Positions 24,101 through 32,532 of a stretch of DNA of 32,532 bases are shown here, one piece after another. Source of the DNA: Vermamoeba vermiformis (Eukaryota); the NCBI GenBank assembly GCA_045837725.1, contig JBEWZL010000024.1, positions 1 to 32,532 on the forward strand, written 5' to 3'. The position numbers were made by a program, and so were the translations under genes. Numbering within the stretch: position 1 is the stretch's first letter; each line of letters begins with the position of its first letter. The notes beneath the pieces are model-generated. The model was not told where the DNA came from and did not search any database. It saw only the letters and a list, made by a program, of their open reading frames with translations.

Positions 24101-24415
24101 CTCGCCAACTTCACGAGAAAATACAGAAGCGAAGATCAAAGCAGCGAATCTTGCTGTTAAGGTAAGGAATTCATTGTTCATGTGGCCGTATCTAATGCGT
24201 TGTTGTAGTTGTTGAAGAACCAGGCGGATCACGACACGGTGCACAAGACACTTGTCACACTGGGCACGCTGTTGTTACGCGACACACAAGTGACTCATCA
24301 AGTGGTTAGTGAGCTGCGACCTGCCCTTCAGCCTTGGACAAATCACACGGAGAATGAAACTATCAAGGGTTGCGTGACAGAATTGCTGGATGTGATGAAG
24401 AGCCAGTGGATGTAA
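21195..24415 (+). CDS. OTU deubiquitinase (A20/VCPIP1-like) fused to PFU and PUL domains; 5' start uncertain
   Basis: TTGDGNCLLHALSRAMWG, HVFAMANVLKRPII, AWSSHYKNHYVPL (OTU D/C/H); REYD...LGFNVTDNPEQVAMDF (PFU); ILAKLLSFN, WPADKVFPALDILRILVLH (PUL). Junctions checked from the OTU to the start of the PUL splice in frame. Confidence 0.82.
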
Positions 24416-25149
24416 AGTTGGAAAGATCGTCATTCGAATGAACTTTTCTTGTTGTCTTTTTTGTATAAATGCTTCGTCGTTGATGAAAGCTAAATAAACG
24501 CTTTAGAACGACACTCAAACTGAAACATAAATTGCCCCATAATAATTTTTGCGCAGGATCTGCCGAGCACAAAACTGGATCACGGCACTGGTTTGTTCTT
24601 TGATATTCAAGTGATTAGAGTGATGACAACTTAATGAGTTTGACTAGCTGGAGAATTAATAGACATGCTCTCCATGCTCTGAAAACAATGCAGTCCTGAT
24701 CTAATCCTTTTTTTTTAAATTACGCATCCGAATTAGTCTAGTTAATAGTCAAACTGTGGCAGTTCGGTTGTGCTCGTTGGTCGCGTAAAAATAACACCAT
24801 GAGGAACCACAATAGTTGCACACGACGTTTTAGGGAAGATAGATTTCACACCAACGAGCAACACTTAAGTTGTTTTGCTCGACCAACGAGCCCATATGTT
24901 GTATCGGAGTTACAATGCCATGAATAATCATACCAGATTAATCCCTAATGCCCCTAACAATTGAGGTGTTAGTTTCATGCCCTGGTTATATCCTTTCTTT
25001 TTTTGCGCATTGAAAGTGCAGCTTAGCGCCAAGGTTACCTCCGAGTAAGGTATATTCCCACGCGCGCACAGCTTTTAAGTTGCCGATCAACCGCAGACAA
25101 AAAAAATATTTTTTGCGCGCCAACGATTCATTTTTGTCACAATTCAAGG

Positions 25150-27603
25150 ATGGAACCACCAAAGGTATTAAACAAAAATAGCAAAATGTTAGCTAATAGA
25201 GTTCTCGTGTCGTTTCTAATGATCTGTCCGATCTGCAGGGAGTCAAGAGAAAATTGCAAGATATTCAGCCAGACGATGATGGCCCTGCACAAAAACAGGC
25301 CAGAGTAGAGGAGGATGACGATAATGGCCTCGATGATATTGATTTAGACGATCTGCAAGATAACTTAGATGAGGAAACAATTAATAAATTACTTTCAAGA
25401 GCTAAAGACGTAAGTTTATTAACAGATAGAATATTTTATGAATTTACAAATTTAATTGAAATTTATTGGAGCGAATAATTTGGCAAAGAAAAGTTTTATC
25501 AGATGCACCGTTACTGACCACGCCTCAAAATAATTTTAAACACTTTATAATATTTATTCTACGTAGGTCGAAGTTTTGGACGTCCCGGGCATGAAGCGAT
25601 TGATCGCTTCGTTTGAACGAGCCATCACAAAAAATCAACAATTCCGTATTAAATTTGCCGCTGAGCCAGAGAAGTACGTAATTGAAATTTAATACGCTAC
25701 GCGAGCATAAATATGGAACCTTATTTTAATTACACTGGGTCTCGGCCTGTGTGCATGTGACCGTACTTTAGGACATGTTGCTAACTAGTGCTTTAGATTC
25801 ATGACCAGCGAAGTCGACTTGGACGAAGAAGTCAAAAAATTACACCCAATTGCTGCTAACCCCGAGCTGTACCCAGAATTTATTCGCATTGAAGCCCACA
25901 TTTCCTTATTAGGCTTGCTGACCCACGAGAACACTGACATTGTGTGCGATGTCATTTCACTTTTGAAAGAATTGACGGGCACGCCTGAAGAGGCACGAGA
26001 AGAACAGACCGTGGATCTGCTCGTCGATGCTTTGGTACGATGAAATTTCATTATAATAGGCCTTCATGAAACTAACACTAACAAAAATACTTCCCACAGT
26101 TGTCGAACAAGTTGTTAGAGTTAATGTCACAAGTGTTGAATCGATTGGACGAGAGACAGCCCGATGAAAAACAAGGAGTTTACAACACGCTTGAAATTAT
26201 TGAAAATTTGACTGAAGTTGATGTCGCCATTTGCAAACAAATTGGCGAGAAGACCGACATAATCAAATGGATTTTAAAGCGTTTGCAAGTCAAGGAGTTT
26301 GATGACGTCAAATTGTAAGTGGTCCACGTGAGAATAATATTATTCTCGTACAAAGCTAACGTTATTTTTCCAATTAGGTACGCCAGTGAAATTTTATCAA
26401 TTTTAGTTCAGAATTCAAAAGACAATCAACTCCTCGTTGGCAAATTGAACGGCATTGACACTTTGTTATCAGCTGTTGCCGTAAGTAGCGTGGATATAGC
26501 CTCTAAATAACTTATTATTAACGACGGTATTTAGTTATATAAGAAGACCAATCCTACAACGATTGAAGAAGAAGAGCTCGTGGAAAATATTTTCAACAGT
26601 TTGTGCGTTGTCGCTGTACTTCAAGACAATAGAAAATATTTCACTGAAGCTGAAGGATTGCGACTATTGCAAATTATGATCAAGTACGAGACCTATTACT
26701 ATTACGTACGGTTGTTAAATTGTTGCAATGCTTACGGTTACTATTTTAGGAACAAAAAGTACGCGCGAAAGTCAGCTTTGAAGCTATTGGATTTCTGTTT
26801 GGCACGTGACGCTGACAATTGTCGACGATGGGTTGAGTTGCCGGCTCTGGGTACATTATTTGCTGCGTTTATGAAAAAGGTACGTCCTCTAGTAGTGCTA
26901 TTTTCGAGTCGTTTTTTGACGAGATCCGGATGCAGAACAAGACCGAGAAGAAGAAGCCCAAGAAAGGTTTCTCCGAGTCTGAAGATGACGAACATATTAT
27001 TTCTTGTATATCATCGCTATTCACGTGCTTGCGCTCAGATTCTAATTTGTGGGGTCGTGTACTTGAAAAGGTAAGTTAGATCGGATCTTTTACCCATATT
27101 TTAAGACTCCTTTGCGTTCAATATTAACAACCATTAATGGTAATAGTTCCGAGAAGAAGGCATGGAGAAAGTTGAGCGATTATTAGAATTGCACGAGAAG
27201 TACACAAAGAAAGTGGATCAAGCCAACGCAGCGATCCGACGTGCAATTGAAGAACGAATGGCCGAAGGCGAAGAGATAAGCGAGGCAGACGAAGACGAGT
27301 TCTATTTGATGAGACTAGACGCTGGTCTATTCACTCTACAGTTGGTCGATTTCGTTATTGCTATCATTTGCAGTGCGGATCCGAAGATCAAGACAGCTGT
27401 TAAAAACTTGCTCGGCTTGCAAGGCTCGAGCTTTGAAGACGTCAAGACAATTTTGAAAGGTAATACTATTTAAGTGCTTAAACACAGATCCAAGTCTAAC
27501 GAGTTATTCCGCAGGGTACGCCGACAGTATTGGTACTGCAAACAGCGAGGAAGAAGCGCAAAAAGAAAAGAATTACATTCAAGGCCTAGCTGCTGATTTG
27601 TAA
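25150..27603 (+). CDS. CTNNBL1: Beta-catenin-like protein 1 (Prp19-complex spliceosomal factor), multi-exon
   Basis: RIKFAAEPEKFMTSEVDLDEE, PELYPEF, LLTHENTDI, YASEILSILVQ, EKVERLLELH, FYLMRLDAGLFTLQLVD. Confidence 0.93.
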
Positions 27604-27828
27604 GCATTTTGCAATGAATAAACCTCTATCAGAGGAGGTTTGAACAAGGTCAAATCAAGTTTTTTACGACTTGTATTAAAAAACGAAATTTCAGAATTTA
27701 TCTATATCGTTACAATTAGAATCTTGGTAGAAATCTCAAAAACCCCGCTCTTTGCCACTAGTTTGGTCAACGGACTATGAATTTGATTTTTACTTTCCTT
27801 TTGCACAAAGCGCCACAAGTCAACCTAA

Positions 27829-28700
27829 ATGAATCCCATAAATTGCGTCCTATCGTGTGGAGAGGATAAGCAGAGTTTTCATTTCTCCGCAGATGACACC
27901 CCGGAAAGTCGAGAAGCCACAATTCGTCAAGCGTTTGGGCTTCCTGAAGGCATTCCAATTGTGGTGATCGAGAAAATTCCTCAACCAGGTGGTGGTGTGA
28001 AGCAGCACGTCGTTGGTTTAATGGCCCTAAGTCAGCCTGGGACCTACGAAGTTTCTTTAGGTATTTGCACATCAATTATTTACTGCAGCAAACTAAAGTT
28101 GATATTCTAACATGAAAAGAACAACGAGCGTCATTTATAACTGAACCAACACATCTTGTCTTGCGATCCACGAAGAAGAAGAAAGAAAAACCAGAAAAAA
28201 TTGAAATTTCAACAGTATTTACCGAGGTCGACTTTGTTTCCAAATATGACGAAGTGAATGGACTGCAGCTGTTGTGTCATTTTGCAGTCTCTTGGGGCAT
28301 CAGCAATAGTCAGGGATTCGACACGCACGGCTCTCCGTTCTACATCTCTTCACTGGATGCTAGATGCACTTTACTGGCGGCAGGTTAGTGAAATCGCCCC
28401 ATGTTACAATTAAGTCCTAATATATTTTGAGCAGAAGGTATGACCCTCTTGACTAGAGATCACCTCCCGAAAGACGAATGGCAATCAACTTCAAGAACTG
28501 ACACCCGGGGCTGGAACATTGGCGCTGAATTAACCATTCCTAACGTTGCACAATCGGGTGCGAAACTAGGCTTCGGATATACGTCTACTAAGTCACACCA
28601 ATCATCTGCAACTGGAATGGTAGCTACTAACCACGAGTTCTGGCCAGGCAAAGTTGACGATGTGCAAGCTCATATTCCTATTTCGGCGAGCACACTTTAA
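27829..28700 (+). CDS. Hypothetical 3-exon protein with a leukocidin/hemolysin-like beta-hairpin segment, possibly truncated
   Basis: Three consecutive plus-strand ORFs separated by intron-like gaps; DHLPKDEWQSTSRTDTRGWNIGAELT...GAKLGFGYTSTKS shows Ser/Thr-rich alternating pattern. Confidence 0.5.
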
Positions 28701-29229
28701 TAAATTTATCGCCGAACAGCAACCACACATCAACGAATAAACTTAACCGGTGATAGAACAGCTTATATAGTATATAATAGTCAGCAAATTAATCGTCAGC
28801 GTGGTCGTACTGTAAGGTAAGATCCCCGGCACTTTAGCATCTGATAAAATTTTTGTTCAACTATGAATTATATGATTCTGTCTATTATATTTCGCATATA
28901 TATATATTATACCAATTATTGGTGCATAACAGAGCTTGAATTACACCAAAATTGAATTTTTTCGGTTTATTCGATCTGGCTCGGAAATTATCGTTTTTCC
29001 AAAATAGCTTGGCAGCAATACTTCATAATTTAATATAATACAAGGAAAATTATCTAAAGTATGATTTGCAGAAATTTTGTACATTCGATACTGCTGTGCC
29101 CCCATCCGCGAACTCTCTCTCAAGCAACAACAGAACAATCAAAATTGGCCTGGGAGTGGTTCTAGTTATCAAGTATGTAATGCTTTAGCACTATAGATAA
29201 GAATGCAACTGATTCTCAATAGTATAGGA

Positions 29230-32159
29230 ATGGCTGCGATTGTGAATGAAGGTGCGACGTGTTACATCAGCGCATCTCTTCAGTTATTGTACAGTTTAGC
29301 ACCGTTGCGCGAGCAAATCTTAATATGCAATCCTAAAACACCTCTTGGACTTGAATTGAAGAAGATATTTGTGCAAATGTCACAATTAAAAACCGTTCAA
29401 ATTGGGCAACTCGCAACGTTAATGAACATCAGCAAGTCAGACTGTCGACATAAACAAGAAGATGCCCAGGAATTCATCATTAGTGTTGTTCATAAATTGG
29501 ATAAAGACAAAGAGATGAAAAGAATTTTCTCGTCGGTGTTTGCAGGTTCGACTGTTACCACAATATCTGAGCGAAACATTGAACCATTTTTGGGTAAGTG
29601 CATTGATAGTTTAACGCAACTCTGACAGCAAAGTTGCAGATTTGTCCGTTCCAATTCCAAAACACCCGGCTCCAACTCTGATTGAATGCATTCAGTTATT
29701 GTTCGACAACAATACAAAGTTTCATTCAATGCCGCAAGTACTGCTGTTGCATATAAAGCGATTTTCGGCCACTAAAAAGCTTACTTCTCGAGTTGAATTT
29801 CGAGCAAAGTTGACAATACCAGCAACATTAAATGACAACAATTGCGCAGAGGCATTCAAGTTGCAGTCGTACATTGTCCATCAAGGTTCCAAAAACAAAG
29901 GTCACTATTGGACAAATAGTCTTTGTAATGGACAATGGATGGAATTAAATGACACAAAAATAACTAAAGTAAGGTATATCATTTTGTAGGCAACTTTCTG
30001 ACATCAATAGATTAGTGGAGCTGCCAATCAAAAGTACTTTGAAGGCGAGTCTGTCGGATACCTAGTTGCATATGTTCAAGAGAGAGCTCAATCACCAATG
30101 AAAGCTAAGAGAGCTGCTACCAAGAAAATTGATGATGATTATATGGACTGGGATACAGCATCAAGCTCTGATATGCCAGCAATTCACTCTATTGATAGTG
30201 ACTCTTACGAAGCAAGTGAAAGTGTTGACTCTGACTACTGGTTTGAAGATTATGAGTGTGAGGAAGTATCGGATGAACAGCCAAAAGTAAACAAATTTGC
30301 TGATGGTAAGTAATAAGGAATGCATTGATATTAATCTAATGGATTCCCAGTGAAAAAGCAAGCTGAAGTTGAGGGCTGGAAGATTGACGGCAAAAAGTTC
30401 AAATCCAAGAAAGATTACATCCCTCCTCCTGCTCCTGGCCCAAAGCGTGCAGTAATACTTCAGATAATCAACCAAATTCGGCAGCTACACAATCAATCCC
30501 AATTACAATCAGTTCTTAATGTCAGTCCCCTTGATTGTTACTTGTTGCTAATGGAGGAAGTTATTAACCACATTGTTTCCGAAACCAACAAGCAAAATGA
30601 CAAATTTAAGCTCACTTATAGTGATATTAGTGCGTACATCGGAGTAAGGATAGCCCAGCAATTATCTCCAAGTCATGCTATTGATGATGCTTGGGCAACA
30701 TTCAAGTATTCAAGAGGAATGTGGGGTAATCGTTGGATTGCCAAAACAATGCTCAAAGATGAATACAAGTTCATACACAGCAACAAGTCGTAAGTGATTG
30801 TGCTGCATTTATCAATACTAATTCATTCAGTTTTGATCTTTATCATGTGTGGCGGCTCTTAAATGAGAAATATTCCTCAATTTGGACCCCTTATGGAAAC
30901 TTGGCACTTGATGATAAAGCAAATGCATGGAAAGGGCGTTCAATTTATCGAATTTACCGTCAACGGAAACCATTCCCATGGGCAATGTTAGAATACATCA
31001 CAATTGATGAAGCAGGCTGGATTGTAGCATTCATTCCACGTTATGGAGATTTTGCTAGTGTTACAAAGCAGTATCAACAGTGGAAAGAACGATATGACAA
31101 TTGGTTGCAAAACAAAGGAGATAAACCACCAGCATTCAAACGCTTGTTCCCAAGTGCCAGCAAGACAAACTTCAATTTACACATGGCTATCAATTTTTTG
31201 TTGTCAAGACTTCCTGACACTGATGGCAATTTGGCACCCTTTATAGTGTCTCCATGGACAGTTGATGACTGGAGTGCAATATTCTCTCGCGATATTTCCA
31301 ACTATCAAATATATTGTGACAGAGAGTTCAGTTCTTATTGGCATCACTTTCGTCAATTCAAAGGTCTTGGATATACCTTGGGCATTGCTTCTGGACACCA
31401 CACTCATCTATTCCGCGACAACTTAGCCGTTGGTTTGAAAATTGGAGACTGGCATTCATTAACGGATAATTCAGAAGTCATTTTGACATATTCTGATCCT
31501 CAAGGGTCAGTTTGCCATTGGGTTAGTAACAGGCATTCTGGAGAAGCTGTAGCATGCAGCAAGAAGCAAGGCAACAAGCAAGTCAAAAAGCAAAAAGTCG
31601 CTTCTGTCCCTACATTAATAGCACAGTACAGAAAGCATTTTTCAGCAGTTGACTCTCATAACTCCAAAGCCAAAAAATTCTTTTGGCCACATCGCATTCG
31701 CAAGGTAAAGACAGTATTTTATCTAAAATGGTGTAACGTAACGTTTTAGGTTACTGATCGCTATGTGCTGGGAGACTGGGAGAGATCTGCTCAGGTTCAG
31801 GCGGAGCTATTGTACCAGGCTCTAACAGACAAGGACATATCATCAAAGGAATTTCTGTCCACCTTGTCTCGCAGTTTGACAGAGAACTTTGTAACAAAGA
31901 GAGAGAGATCAACTTCTGTTGAAGCATTGGACTTAGCAAGGTCAAGTGCCAAACACAATCCTTATGCACACAGTTGCACGTATACTTTTGGATCACGGAA
32001 ACGTTGCTTCCACTGCCAGAGTGAACAAGTTGATTCTTCTACAATGTAAGCTTACTTATTATTTCATTAATAACAGTCAACCTTAGGTATAAATGCCAAC
32101 AGTGTAAAGTGCACCTCCACAAAAAGTGCTGGAAGAAATTTAAAGGAGTGAATTTATAA
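29230..32159 (+). CDS. USP (peptidase C19) deubiquitinase - piggyBac transposase fusion, 7 exons, 889 aa from ATG 29230
   Basis: Exons 29230-29593, 29640-29968, 30011-30305, 30351-30789, 30831-31704, 31750-32045, 32087-32159; all six 41-46 nt GT-AG introns keep frame. USP: NEGATCYISASLQ, QEDAQEF, FLDLSVPIP, HQGSKNKGHY, WMELND. piggyBac: LALDD..AWKGR...KP..W, IYCDREFSS, YRKHFSAVD, CFHC...YKCQQCKVHLHKKC. Confidence 0.9.
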
Positions 32160-32193
32160 TTAAAATAGTAGTAATCTAGTTGTTAGTCAGGCA

Positions 32194-32321
32194 AGTGGTG
32201 ACGTGTTCCACGTTGTGGTGTGACATGAGCACGAAAGTGACTGCTGTGGTTAGACGTAAGACTCTCCACATGTATGTGTGGGTATGAGTCAGAATGAGCC
32301 TTCCACAGTAGAATTGCCACT
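32194..32321 (+). ncRNA. Putative structured RNA, copy 1
   Basis: Closing helix AGUGGUGA/UUGCCACU; arms CGUGUU/GACAUG with CCAC-GUU-GUGG, CAC-GAAA-GUG, CUGCUGUGG/CCACAGUAG, GACUC/GAGUC; covaries with copy 2. Confidence 0.6.
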
Positions 32322-32461
32322 GGTCTATTGGACTCTCCTAAGTGACGTGTTCCACGTTGTGGTGTGACATGAGCACGAAAGTGACTGCTGCAGTTAGACG
32401 TAAGACTCTCCACATGTATGTGTGGGTATGAGTCAGAATGAGCCTTCTGCAGTAGAATTGC
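32198..32461. repeat. Direct repeat, 2 x 120 bp, period 144
   Basis: 32198-32317 vs 32342-32461, 116/120 identical. Confidence 0.95.
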
Positions 32462-32465
32462 TTAG
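32338..32465 (+). ncRNA. Putative structured RNA, copy 2
   Basis: Closing helix CUAAGUGA/UUGCUUAG; CUGCUGCAG/CUGCAGUAG; otherwise identical to copy 1. Confidence 0.6.
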
Positions 32466-32532
32466 ATAAGAGTTCAAAAAACCCATTTTTCAGTGATGGG
32501 TATCGTATACCCTTGCAGTTGGTTAAGGAATA

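Larger units (their letters stand above)
28743..32526 (+). mobile_element. piggyBac-superfamily element carrying a USP domain; boundaries tentative
   Basis: Transposase gene inside; right side ends GG|TTAA (32521-32526), candidate left TTAA|CC (28743-28748), but no matching terminal inverted repeat beyond the CC/GG. Confidence 0.55.

Noticed and set aside
4702-32159. Apparent ubiquitin-system cluster (BTB, F-box, OTU-PUL, USP)
   Set aside because: These are large families in eukaryotes, dispersed among unrelated genes here; no evidence of functional clustering.
32209-32240. CACGUUGUGG (hairpin-ribozyme-like) and AUGAG..CGAAA (hammerhead-like) words
   Set aside because: The remaining conserved core nucleotides (AGAAACA/GUAUAUUAC; CUGAUGA and the cleavage triplet context) are absent.
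32183-32413. Minus-strand ORF with a repeated peptide
   Set aside because: By-product of the 144-bp-period repeat; the substitutions fit base pairing rather than coding constraint.
32198-32461. CRISPR-like array
   Set aside because: Only two long units in a eukaryotic context; no short repeat-spacer pattern or cas genes.

Overview
Eukaryotic, AT-rich, gene-dense DNA with many short (about 35-80 nt) GT-AG introns, consistent with a protist (possibly amoeba-like; the taxon cannot be fixed from sequence). The left end (1-4701, minus strand) is an apparently complete, young Ngaro-type tyrosine-recombinase retrotransposon: split direct repeats A1-ORFs-B1-A2-B2, gag-like, RT/RNaseH and an intron-containing YR, inserted into a BTB/KCTD-like gene. 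The middle holds host genes: F-box/LRR, a bacterial-type PBP4/S13 peptidase, an alkaline-phosphatase-superfamily enzyme, cytochrome b5, a GATA+PHD factor, a split-barrel FMN/heme protein, secreted and membrane proteins, an OTU-PFU-PUL deubiquitinase, CTNNBL1 and a leukocidin-stem-like ORF. The right end is the most unusual part. A single 7-exon gene (29230-32159) fuses a USP (C19) deubiquitinase with intact catalytic motifs to a DDD piggyBac transposase with its Cys-rich tail. It is followed by two tandem copies of a roughly 130-nt element whose sequence differences are compensatory base-pair changes (a putative structured RNA), and then a GG|TTAA end. Gene models were spliced by hand and family calls come from motif recognition, not database searches.
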